Shown one piece after another: positions 1 through 9,558 of a DNA stretch of 64,000 nucleotides (positions are counted from its first letter, which is position 1; each line of letters opens with the position of its first letter). Under the pieces are notes generated by a model, which worked only from the letters and a program-made list of their open reading frames with translations, had not been told where the DNA came from and ran no database searches. The stretch is from Synechococcales cyanobacterium VAR_4_metabat_354 (GTDB taxonomy: Bacteria > Cyanobacteriota > Cyanobacteriia > Cyanobacteriales > Chamaesiphonaceae), in NCBI GenBank assembly GCA_031414775.1, contig JANOQI010000046.1, positions 1 through 64,000 of the forward strand, written 5' to 3'. The translations under genes were made by a program, and so were the position numbers.

Positions 1-1003
1 CAAGCACTCAATCGTCATTTACTTGAGCGATTTATTTCCATGTTAGACCTTGACCTGACTTTGATTAAATCCCATCCCAACTACGCCAGTCTTCTTCAGT
101 ACGGTTCTTTGACACCATAAATCTGTCCGGACTATTGTTAAATTAGATAAGTAGCTAGAAAATATTGATATTATTTTCTTCAGTGGACATATTAATAATG
201 ATGGAAATGTATTGTCCGCACTGAAATTGACTTGAATATGTTCATTTTTCATACTTAATATTATTTTATTTACGATTTTTCATGCCTATTATTATAATTT
301 CGTGAAATAAATTATATAAATGGAGAATAGGTGCTGTGTAGTTAGTATATAAAGTGATATTTTATACAAAACTGTCATAACATCGTTGATGCATTGATTC
401 TCACGTCTTTTTCTAGAACTCAAGAATGTTAACTGAGTATTGAATTACACATTATATGAATTGTTGATTATCTTACTTTTTCTTACTGACGACTCAAAAG
501 CTTAGATGCTAGCATCACTGTAACAAGTAAAATTCAACATAAATTAATGTTCCTATGAGTTATATTTTAAATTAAACTTCAAAGCCCTAAATACTTGTGA
601 ATCAAGGCTTTTAGCGCTTTTGTCTTCTAATACTTTTGTCCTGAATACTAGCTAATTTGACTATCTCAAAAATTGCTAGGTTTGATCTTGAAGGGACTTA
701 GAGGATGTTTTGATATGTCGAACTGCAAAATTGTTTAGATACACATCGTTCAAAACACGCAATAATTAAAGCAGATACTGTCAGCACTGAGTGATCGTAG
801 CCATTCACTCTTCTGCTTTAAAATTTAAGACATTAATATTATTTTTTTATCTCTGCTCAAAATCCTAATCAATTTGGTGAAATTTAGTTGCTAATAAGCC
901 AAATAAATCAATTTTGCCTTGTAAAATATTAAATTAAGTTATTCTAAATTTATATTTTTCAATGTTTGCTATATTGTAAATTATAGTAAGATAAAATAAA
1001 TTA

Positions 1004-1039
1004 GTTCCAGATATCTAAAGCTTTTAGATATTCTGGAAC
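1004..1039. promoter_or_regulatory. Imperfect 16-bp inverted repeat upstream of the HTH/exporter operon (candidate operator or RNA hairpin)
   Basis: gttccagatatctaaa (1004-1019) pairs with tttagatattctggaac (1023-1039, one extra T), 68 bp before the ATG. Confidence 0.4.
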
Positions 1040-1107
1040 ATTGAAAATAAGCCAAAAGTATATCTGCAACTTAAGCCCTATCCGTAAATATTACATAACT
1101 AACACAT

Positions 1108-1680
1108 ATGAATACCACGATAGAGTCTACTCCACAAACAAGTGAAGTTCAATTTACTGGGAAGTTTCTAACGCTCTTTCAGCGCAAGCTATTACAGAAA
1201 AGCCTGCAACAGGAATTATCAGATCACTACCGCCAGCGCATTCTAATCATGATATTGGCGGATGAAGGTAAGACTCAAACTGAGATCTGCAAAGTGTTGA
1301 ATTGCTGTCCTACTACTGCTAGACATTGGGTTTTGATCGCCAAAATTGGCATGGCTCATCAATGGCAAGAACAACCAATTGGTCGTCCACATACAGCCAA
1401 TCAGCAATATCGAGCAAGATTGAAACAGCTAGTTAGTCAAAATCCACAAAATTATGGTTATGCTTTTCAGCGCTGGACTGGATATTGGCTAAGTCGGCAT
1501 TTAGCTAAAGAATTAAATATTGAGCTTAATGAGCGTCAAGTTAACCGCATTCTCAGAGAAATGGGACTATCAACTCGTGCACAGTCTAAACTCTCCAAAG
1601 ACTCACTTTCCCCTGATCGCTCTCTAGTACCGCGCATTCTCATTGAAGATTTATCGCAGGATATTAGGAGCATGACATGA
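1108..1680 (+). CDS. Helix-turn-helix protein resembling the DNA-binding N-terminus of IS630-type transposases (no DDE domain); probable regulator
   Basis: RQRILIMILADEGKTQTEICKVLNC..TARHW HTH, then GRP linker and RWT..LSRHLAKEL..RQVNRILREMGLS winged-HTH; ATGA overlap with the downstream transporter. Confidence 0.7.
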   Translation: MNTTIESTPQTSEVQFTGKFLTLFQRKLLQKSLQQELSDHYRQRILIMILADEGKTQTEICKVLNCCPTTARHWVLIAKIGMAHQWQEQPIGRPHTANQQYRARLKQLVSQNPQNYGYAFQRWTGYWLSRHLAKELNIELNERQVNRILREMGLSTRAQSKLSKDSLSPDRSLVPRILIEDLSQDIRSMT

Positions 1681-4409
1681 CTCAGAAGCCCTTAGAAAAA
1701 CTCTCCCCAAATATTCTCAGTAATATTTGTGGTCAGGCTCTTTCTCCTCAAGATTTTCAGCAATGTTTGGGACAAGCTAAATATCTTACCCCCAAAGTTG
1801 GTAAGTTTTGGCATGGGACAGAGGCTCAGGCGGGCATTTATATTGTTATGTCCGGTAAAGTTAGACTTTTAAACAGTAATGATGAACTGATCGCCACTAT
1901 CGAACCGCAAGATTCCTTTGGAGAATTCACCCTTTTTCCAGAATGTTATTTGAATGCTTATGATGCCAGAGCTTCCCTCCATCTAGAACTATGCTTCATT
2001 CCGTCCGAGACCATTACCCCCTTTTTCTTAAGCCATCCTCCCATAAAACAGCACCTGTGGCAGCAAGCGCAAACTCGTGACAATTTACAGGTTAAATCGT
2101 CAGAGATATTCGTAGATAATGAACCAGAGCAAAGTCCAGCTTGGTCAATATCTCCCACTGGTGTTTCGGCGCTATCGCAGCCCCCTACACGGACAAAAAT
2201 TGGTAAGGCATATTTTCCTTCGTCCATCGTAGTGGCTCAGCATTTTTGGCAGCGGGTGGCTCACCGCTATCCTTTTTTCGCCCAACAAAGTGCTTCGGAC
2301 TGTGGAGCAGCCTGTCTAGTGATGGTGTCGCAGTACTGGGGTAAAAAATTCAGTATCAATAGGATTCGAGATATTGCTAACGTTGATCGCAACGGAGCTT
2401 CTTTACGAGGATTAATAACTGCTGCTGAAAGTATTGGTTTTTCAACCCGCCCGATCAAAGTCACTTTAGATCAATTAGTTAAGCAACCACTACCAGCGAT
2501 CATTCACTGGGAAGGTAATCACTATATTGTTATCTATGAAATTACACGCACAGGAATAGTTGTCGCTGATCCGGCTATTGGTCAAATCACTCTTAGCCAT
2601 ACAGAATTTCAAGAAAAATGGACAGGATATACACTAATCCTTACCCCTACAGCTCTGTTCAAAGAAGCTAAAGAGATGACTACGCCCTTTTGGCAGTTTT
2701 TTGAATTAATGAAACCCTATCGTGGGGTTTTATCAGAGGTTTTCATTGCTTCGGTCTTAATTCAGATTTTTGGGCTAATTACGCCCATTTTTACTCAGCT
2801 TATTTTAGATCGAGTAGTAGTTCAACGCTCTGAGGTTACACTATTTGCTGTTGGGTGGGGGCTACTAATTTTTGGCATTTTTAAAGTTATGACTATGGGG
2901 TTACGACAGTACCTTCTAGATCACACTGCCAACAAAATTGATTTGGCTCTGATTGTGGGCTTTATTAACCATACCTTGCGTTTGCCTCTCAGCTTTTTTG
3001 AATCTCGCTATGTAGGGGATATCATATCCAGAGTAGAGGAGAATCGCAAGATTCGACGGTTTCTATCTGGAGAATCTCTCTCAATTTTTCTTGATTTATT
3101 GACTGTATTTATCTACATCGGTTTGATGTTCTTTTACAGTTGGCAACTAGCGGCTCTAGTTTTGCTCATCATACCGCCTTTTTTCCTGCTAGCTGTGATC
3201 TCTACGCCTTTTTTGCGGAGAATTTCACGAGAAATTTTTAGCGCTGTTGCCACCGAAAGCAGTTATTTAATCGAAATACTATCTGGTATCCGAACGGTTA
3301 AATCTACCGCCGTCGAACAAACTGTCCGCTGGCACTGGGAGGGATTGTTTAATCAAGAAGTTAAAAAAATATTTTCCGGACAAGTTATTAGTAATCGCCT
3401 ACAAATATTTAGCAGTTTAATCGAGTCTCTGATGACTACTGCTACGCTCTGGTTTGGAGCTTGGTTGGTCATCCAAGGCCAGTTAACTATTGGACAGTTG
3501 ATTGCGATCAGTATGCTACTATCCAACATCATTTCTCCATTCAAAAGAATGGTCATGCTTTGGAATAGCTATCAGGAAGTGGTGATTGCGATCGAACGGA
3601 TTAGTGACGTGTTAGATACGGAGCCTGAAGAGAATAGACAGCAGTACTCTCGCCAGTCTTTACCGCCGGTCGTAGGGGAAATTGTTTTTAATAATGTTAC
3701 CTTTCGCTATCATCCAGAAAGCGATCAAAATATCCTGGAAAATATTAATTTTACGATTCAGCCAGGGCAGATGGTCGCTTTAGTTGGCAGAAGTGGTTCC
3801 GGTAAAACTACTATTTCTAAATTAATTTTAGGACTATATCCGCCAACTGATGGCAAAATCATGATTGATCGATATGATATCGCCAATATTGATCTTAGCT
3901 CTTTGCGCCATCAAGTTGGGACAGTAGACCAGGATACTTTTTTGTTTGGCGGCACTATTCGAGAAAATATTAGCTTAGGACATCCTAGCAGCACTTTACC
4001 AGAAGTGATCGAAGCTGCACGTTTGGCTGGGGCTGATGAATTCATCAAGAAACTACCAATGGGATATGAAACAATCACTGGAGAAGGCGGTGGCATGTTG
4101 TCGGGGGGGCAACGCCAACGGGTCGCGATTGCTAGGGCTTTATTGGGCAAACCGAAACTATTAATCTTTGATGAAGCTACTTCCCATCTTGATGCCGAAT
4201 CAGAACGTATTATCCAGAATAATTTGGGGGAAATTTTGCAGGGAAGAACAACTCTAGTTATTGCGCATCGCCTTTCTACTGTAAGAAATGCTGATGTGAT
4301 TCTAGTTTTAGACAAAGGGGTCCTGATTGAACAAGGGACTCATGATGAGCTGATGAGTATGCGTGGTCACTATTACTATCTCAATCATCAACAACTAGCA
4401 GTTGCTTAA
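1677..4409 (+). CDS. Peptidase C39-containing ABC exporter (HlyB/PCAT family) with N-terminal cNMP-binding-like domain
   Basis: QQSASDCGAACL catalytic Cys, IHWEGNHY His, TM domain, Walker A GRSGSGKT, signature LSGGQRQR, Walker B LIFDEATS. Confidence 0.95.
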   Translation: MTQKPLEKLSPNILSNICGQALSPQDFQQCLGQAKYLTPKVGKFWHGTEAQAGIYIVMSGKVRLLNSNDELIATIEPQDSFGEFTLFPECYLNAYDARASLHLELCFIPSETITPFFLSHPPIKQHLWQQAQTRDNLQVKSSEIFVDNEPEQSPAWSISPTGVSALSQPPTRTKIGKAYFPSSIVVAQHFWQRVAHRYPFFAQQSASDCGAACLVMVSQYWGKKFSINRIRDIANVDRNGASLRGLITAAESIGFSTRPIKVTLDQLVKQPLPAIIHWEGNHYIVIYEITRTGIVVADPAIGQITLSHTEFQEKWTGYTLILTPTALFKEAKEMTTPFWQFFELMKPYRGVLSEVFIASVLIQIFGLITPIFTQLILDRVVVQRSEVTLFAVGWGLLIFGIFKVMTMGLRQYLLDHTANKIDLALIVGFINHTLRLPLSFFESRYVGDIISRVEENRKIRRFLSGESLSIFLDLLTVFIYIGLMFFYSWQLAALVLLIIPPFFLLAVISTPFLRRISREIFSAVATESSYLIEILSGIRTVKSTAVEQTVRWHWEGLFNQEVKKIFSGQVISNRLQIFSSLIESLMTTATLWFGAWLVIQGQLTIGQLIAISMLLSNIISPFKRMVMLWNSYQEVVIAIERISDVLDTEPEENRQQYSRQSLPPVVGEIVFNNVTFRYHPESDQNILENINFTIQPGQMVALVGRSGSGKTTISKLILGLYPPTDGKIMIDRYDIANIDLSSLRHQVGTVDQDTFLFGGTIRENISLGHPSSTLPEVIEAARLAGADEFIKKLPMGYETITGEGGGMLSGGQRQRVAIARALLGKPKLLIFDEATSHLDAESERIIQNNLGEILQGRTTLVIAHRLSTVRNADVILVLDKGVLIEQGTHDELMSMRGHYYYLNHQQLAVA

Positions 4410-4466
4410 TCATTTAATCTCCTAGAACCGAATTTTAATTATAGCTAATTAACCTGAGAGGATACT

Positions 4467-6137
4467 ATGCTTAATAATTCTACTGACAGCCATGCCATTA
4501 CTTATGTTGAGAACAAAGAAGGACTAGTAAAAGTACCAGAAAAATCTTCATTGATCGATCATGAATGGTCTCCTAGTATTACCAATACCCTGAGTACTAG
4601 TCCCCAAGTATGGACAAGAGGATTACTATATCTAATCATAGCTATTATTGTAGTTGTTTTACCATGGACAGTATTTGCTAAGATCGATGAAACTGGGACA
4701 GCCAAAGGTAAAATTGAGCCGAAAGATGGTACTACGAAAATTGACTCTAATGTAGCTGGTACTGTTTCAAAAATCTTAGTTAGTGAAGGCGATACAGTTA
4801 AAGCGGGACAAGTTTTATTAACAATTGGCTCCGAGTTAGTTGAGTCTGAATTGAAACAAGCTCATGACAAACTGCAAGGGCAAATAAACCGACTCAATCA
4901 GTTGAATTTGTTAAAAGGACAATTGACTCTAACTTTATCCACTCAGCAACAACAAAATAAAGCAGCAGAGCTGGAGAAAGCCTCTCAAATTGATCAGGCA
5001 CGATATAGTTCGGCATCTGTTAAAAATACCTACCTGCCGCTAGAATCTGAAAAAAGAGCACAAGTGAGTAAAGCCCGCCAAAATTTATACTCAGCTAAAA
5101 ACTCTTATAACTTGCTGAAAGCTGAGAAGAAAGCCCAGGTTGAACAAGCACAAGTTATTTATAAAAATCAGCAAGATTCTCTCAAAACTAATGCAACCAT
5201 TCTATCTAATGCCCGACGAGAGCTATCTCGTTATATCCAAGCAAAAAAAGAAGGTATTGTTGCTGGTATCCAAGTTGCTGCTAAAGAGGATCTTGTTCAG
5301 GAAAAACAACGTGCTTATGACCAAAATAAATCGGAAATTGAGCAGACTAGACTGCGACTTAATGAACAGATTGGTAGCTATAATAAAACAATGGCACAGA
5401 CCCAAGCAGAAATTCAGCAAACCAGCCTGAATCTTGCGGAGCAAACTGGTAACTATGGTAAGGCTGTTGGACAAGCTAGATCAGATATTGAACAAGCTTC
5501 ATTGCGATCGCAGCAACAAGCGCGTAGCCTGCAAAGCTTAGTTCATAGTAATGAATTATCTTTATTGAAAATCAAAGAACAAATTAAAAGTCATGATAAT
5601 GATGCGGGCTCACTACAATCAGAAATTGCCCAATCTGAAAGCCAGGTTAAAGCTCTACAATTTCAACTCTCTCAACGAACTGTTAAGGCACCCACGAGTG
5701 GCGTTGTTTACGAATTTCCTATCAAAAAAGCTGGAGCTGTCGTCCAACAGGGTACGCCTGTTGCTGAGATTGCTTCCCAGCAATCTGGGCTGATTTTGCG
5801 AGCGATCATGCCCACCGCCGAAAGTGCTTATGTAAAAAAGGGTTTAGTTGCTAAGCTTAAATTTGATGCTTATCCATTCCAAGACTATGGAGTGGTTGCC
5901 GGAGAAATATTATCAGTTTCTCCTACTACATCTATGAAGGAAACAACTAATGGGAAAGTGGAAGCTTATAAAGTAGAAATTGGGATCAATCAAACCTGCC
6001 TTGGAAGCAATAATAAGTGTATTCCATTACATCCTGGAGACACTGCAACGGCTGAAGTAATTGTTCGGCAGCGTCGCATTATTGATTTTGTAATCGACCC
6101 CTTTAGAAAAATGCAGGAGGGTGGCCTAAAGTTGTAA
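4467..6137 (+). CDS. HlyD-family membrane fusion protein (type I secretion adaptor)
   Basis: N-terminal TM, lipoyl half-motifs (V.EGDTVKAGQVL; VKAPTSGVV), long coiled coil, KFDAYPFQDYG, PGDTATAEVIVRQRRIIDF. Confidence 0.93.
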   Translation: MLNNSTDSHAITYVENKEGLVKVPEKSSLIDHEWSPSITNTLSTSPQVWTRGLLYLIIAIIVVVLPWTVFAKIDETGTAKGKIEPKDGTTKIDSNVAGTVSKILVSEGDTVKAGQVLLTIGSELVESELKQAHDKLQGQINRLNQLNLLKGQLTLTLSTQQQQNKAAELEKASQIDQARYSSASVKNTYLPLESEKRAQVSKARQNLYSAKNSYNLLKAEKKAQVEQAQVIYKNQQDSLKTNATILSNARRELSRYIQAKKEGIVAGIQVAAKEDLVQEKQRAYDQNKSEIEQTRLRLNEQIGSYNKTMAQTQAEIQQTSLNLAEQTGNYGKAVGQARSDIEQASLRSQQQARSLQSLVHSNELSLLKIKEQIKSHDNDAGSLQSEIAQSESQVKALQFQLSQRTVKAPTSGVVYEFPIKKAGAVVQQGTPVAEIASQQSGLILRAIMPTAESAYVKKGLVAKLKFDAYPFQDYGVVAGEILSVSPTTSMKETTNGKVEAYKVEIGINQTCLGSNNKCIPLHPGDTATAEVIVRQRRIIDFVIDPFRKMQEGGLKL

Positions 6138-6219
6138 TTACTGAGCCATATTTATCAGTCTGAGAATTAATTTCTATCAATAAATATCTAAAAATATAAG
6201 TCCAAAGAAGGTATGATTC

Positions 6220-6954
6220 ATGTTGAAAAATATTACAGTTACGCCTCAAGAAATTATTCATCATTTGAAGATATCTTGTATGGTACCGCAAGTGACTGAG
6301 AAAATTGTTAGTAACAAAATAATCTCGGAAAAAGCAAGAGAAATAGGAATAAAGCCAGATAGTTCAGTTGTTCAAAAAATGGCAGATGCGATTCGTATAG
6401 ACAGTGAATTAATTAGCGCTGATGATACGTTTAAATGGTTAAAAGATAATTGCTTATCTACTAATGATTTTGAAGAGGTTGTGCTTTTATCACTATTCAC
6501 AAATGAATTAGCAAACACTCTATTTGCTAATAAAGTAAAACCATACTTCTTTGAGAATCAACTTAACTATATGGAAATTGTCATGTACGAGATTGTTCTT
6601 GACGATCATGACTTGGCAATGGAGCTTTTTTATGCTGCACAAGAAAATGAAATTAGCTTCCATGACGCAGCTCACCAATACATTCAAGACCCAGAATTGC
6701 GTCGGCATGGTGGTTATCGAGGAGTATTAATGCGTAAAGATCTAAAACCTGAGATTTTGGCGGCTGTTTGTGCAGCTAAGCCGCCTGAATTAATTAAGCC
6801 AGTTATTACATCATCAGGGGTTCATTTGATTTTTGTGGAAGAAATAATAAAACCACAATTAAGTGATCAGTTGTGCCAACAGATTTGTTTTGATCTATTC
6901 AATGAGTGGATAAGACAGGAAACTAGTAACTGGGAAGTGAATGCACAGATTTAG
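6220..6954 (+). CDS. Parvulin/rotamase-like peptidylprolyl isomerase associated with cyanobacterial T1SS clusters
   Basis: SFHDAAHQY..D..RRHGGYRG...LKPEI..AV....P....GVHLI parvulin pattern; typical position after hlyD. Confidence 0.8.
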   Translation: MLKNITVTPQEIIHHLKISCMVPQVTEKIVSNKIISEKAREIGIKPDSSVVQKMADAIRIDSELISADDTFKWLKDNCLSTNDFEEVVLLSLFTNELANTLFANKVKPYFFENQLNYMEIVMYEIVLDDHDLAMELFYAAQENEISFHDAAHQYIQDPELRRHGGYRGVLMRKDLKPEILAAVCAAKPPELIKPVITSSGVHLIFVEEIIKPQLSDQLCQQICFDLFNEWIRQETSNWEVNAQI

Positions 6955-7064
6955 AGTAAATACTAAGTGATAGCCTGATTATTAATTACTTAGTATTTAA
7001 GCTGTATTGTGAGAGAGACATCAGTCATGAACTTGTAAAGCCGTGATAATCTCACATTAATAAA

Positions 7065-7101
7065 ATTCTATCAATAGAGATTATCCTTCTATTGATAGAA
7101 T
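7065..7101. terminator. Perfect 14-bp inverted repeat between convergent genes (probable bidirectional terminator)
   Basis: attctatcaataga (7065-7078) / tctattgatagaat (7088-7101). Confidence 0.6.
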
Positions 7102-7121
7102 ACAAATGAGTGTTATGAGTA

Positions 7122-7349
7122 TTAGCCAGAAGTCGTTCTACTAACTTTAATGATGTTTGTACTATTTATACTCTTTTCATTATAAGTATTCTCGAAAGTA
7201 TAAAATGGAAAAGATATAGGGAACGAGTCTACTGATGAGAACGATATTTTTACTCGATTTAAAAATAGTCTTCCGCCAATTACTTTATCCATTTCCGAAA
7301 TAGTAAGCTCTTGATTATAACTTTGAAACAAGCTAGAAATGATAATCAT
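7122..7349 (-). CDS. Double-glycine leader secreted peptide, paralog 1 (divergent core)
   Basis: MIIISSLFQSYNQELTISEMDKVIGG leader shared with three neighbours; AGGTA RBS-like motif. Confidence 0.75.
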   Translation of the reverse strand: MIIISSLFQSYNQELTISEMDKVIGGRLFLNRVKISFSSVDSFPISFPFYTFENTYNEKSINSTNIIKVSRTTSG

Positions 7350-7848
7350 GGATCTACCTTTAATTTGTGAGTGATTATAGTATTGAACTAAATTACTAGG
7401 TTGCGTTTGATGTTTTTCTACTACTAATATCTCAGGAACCGTATAGAGCGAGATATTTTAACTGTTAACTTTTGCGGCATCAATAAACTTGAGCAATTTT
7501 ATAAATAGTCAGTTTCATGAAATAAATTGAAACTTATCTGCAACAGTGTCTAATCAGGTTGCTGATAAATTGAATGAAAGAGATTACTCGGTTGTCTGAT
7601 GGAGTAACAGGAATCAAGAGAACATTTGAAAAACTATAATAAAACCTAGACTGGGTAGCATTAAGCTTTTGCTTAATACTCTATTAGTAAAAGCCTTATA
7701 TGGGTAGTTTTCAAAGTTGACCTAAATTTGAATTTACCTGTGGAGGTAGCAATGCCAACCCCACAAGTAGCACTTAATTGAATTTCTTTAGCTTTATGAT
7801 CAATTCAACTACTTCAATGAGCAGGTCATATGGTACTTTCAATAGAAG

Positions 7849-8040
7849 CTAGAAGTTCACAACAGGACTAGCAGAATTACTGCTACCATCACTGAATATA
7901 TTAAATTGCAGGATTGGTATAATGGCAATATCAATATCAATATTTATAAAAGAACCTTTTTTACCACCCAAAACTGCTACCATTTCTGTAATAGTAACTT
8001 CCTGGATATAGCTTTCAGACAAATCAGAAATAACAATCAT
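7849..8040 (-). CDS. Double-glycine leader secreted peptide, paralog 2
   Basis: MIVISDLSESYIQEVTITEMVAVLGG leader; AGGTA RBS-like motif. Confidence 0.85.
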   Translation of the reverse strand: MIVISDLSESYIQEVTITEMVAVLGGKKGSFINIDIDIAIIPILQFNIFSDGSSNSASPVVNF

Positions 8041-8195
8041 ATCTTTACCTATTATGAGTGAGAGAAAGAATTTTCAATACTTGCATTAGTGAAGTCACTC
8101 TTACAAATATTTTTATGGTAGTAGGTAATCCTAAAGAAGAGTTATGAAGTATTGATCTTCTTTAGGACTACAAGAAGTTGTATTCAACAATCTAT

Positions 8196-8414
8196 TTACT
8201 GAGAGATGCGGACATCGGCTTCGTTATAAGAGTCATCAGAATACACATTGTATTGCTCAATGTCAACGTCAGCATCTTTAGAGGAATAATAGCCTCCATA
8301 ACACCATTTCTTTCCACAATAATCTTTCTTTCCACCGCCACCTACAATTGCTGACATTTCGGCAGTAGCAACTTCTTTGACATGGCTTTGAGACAAATTA
8401 GAGATAACAATCAT
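8196..8414 (-). CDS. Double-glycine leader secreted peptide, paralog 3
   Basis: MIVISNLSQSHVKEVATAEMSAIVGG leader; near-identical to 8607-8825. Confidence 0.88.
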   Translation of the reverse strand: MIVISNLSQSHVKEVATAEMSAIVGGGGKKDYCGKKWCYGGYYSSKDADVDIEQYNVYSDDSYNEADVRISQ

Positions 8415-8606
8415 GGTTTTTACCTTTTAGTTAAGTTGGTTAGAGAAACATTAAAATTCATGAACTCTTAAGCTTTTCGGAAACTAAGTAATGAAAGCTA
8501 AATAAGTCGTAATAGTGCAATAGCTTACTGCCACCGATATTCGGAACTTTCAGCTAGGAATACAGGTTATTTAGCTCTCGATCCTAAGCAGTAGTGGGCT
8601 TAATAT

Positions 8607-8825
8607 CTACTGAGAGATGCGGACATCTGCATCGTTATAAGAGTCTTCAGAGAATACATTGTATTGCTCAATATCAACGTCAGCGTCTTTAGAGGAGTAG
8701 TAGCCTCCACAACACCATTTCTTTCCACAATAATCTTTCTTTCCACCGCCACCTACAATTGCTGACATTTCGGCAGCAGCGACTTCTTGAACATAGCTTT
8801 GAGACAAATTAGAGATGACAATCAT
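8607..8825 (-). CDS. Double-glycine leader secreted peptide, paralog 4
   Basis: MIVISNLSQSYVQEVAAAEMSAIVGG leader; near-identical to 8196-8414 with many synonymous differences. Confidence 0.88.
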   Translation of the reverse strand: MIVISNLSQSYVQEVAAAEMSAIVGGGGKKDYCGKKWCCGGYYSSKDADVDIEQYNVFSEDSYNDADVRISQ

Positions 8826-9558
8826 GGTCTTTACCTTTTTAGTTAAGTTTGGTTAGAGAAAAGTGAATCGCTCTTCTCTTCTTACATAATGCGGCTTGTA
8901 TTTGGGTATTTCAAGAGTTATGACGGAAAATAAAAGACAAAATTCATTTATTTATCGGAGGAAGCTTTCGCTGTGAATTACAGCTACCCGAAAGACCGAA
9001 AACCCAAGCTGTGCAACGCTTTGATTTTGATTAATTATTGCAATGTAGTTAAATAATTGATGGCTTAGAGTTGTTTGATAGTCACTTGTAAAACTGAGAT
9101 TGTTGATCAAGTGTAGATATTATGTCTTTTTATCATGATGATATTTGGTGTTTTTGCTAGGAGTCGAATCTCTCAGACCCGGCTGATGAAAAAAGTAGGT
9201 GAAGTTATTAAAAAGTTGATGTGCTAGACGATGATATCGTGCTGGAAGTAAAAGACTTTTATTCTCCCCAATCGAGATTAGTCGCCCCAGTAAAATCTTC
9301 CCTATTGTAATAGCGATAGATTTAATCAACTCTGAGTATCTATCGCTATTACAAGTATCATTACCCCACACCTCTTTCAGCACTTCATGAAGACATAACC
9401 TATTTCCAGCAGAAAAGGCTTGTTTATGAATTTAAAATCACCAACAACTGTTATACTGAACAGCCAGATTCTGAATCAGTTAATAGAGTAATTAGTTTCT
9501 TGTGTCATTCATTGTGTTGGATCTTGGTTCCAACTACCTGTATAGAATATCTTCATTT

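Noticed and set aside
43..252. 69-aa minus-strand ORF as a possible fifth secreted peptide
   Set aside because: No shared leader or GG motif; no recognisable features in AT-rich DNA.
698..760. ttagaggatgttttga ... tcaaaacac, resembling ends of a cyanobacterial miniature inverted-repeat element
   Set aside because: Only about 8 bp pair and there is a single copy in the window; cannot be supported.
7735..7770. Imperfect hairpin (tacctgtgg..gcaatgc..ccacaagta) between peptide genes
   Set aside because: Degenerate; could be a terminator or dispersed repeat but the evidence is too weak to call.
9120..9383. 87-aa minus-strand ORF upstream of the peptide array (possible immunity gene)
   Set aside because: GTG start, no motif, no TM pattern; likely spurious.
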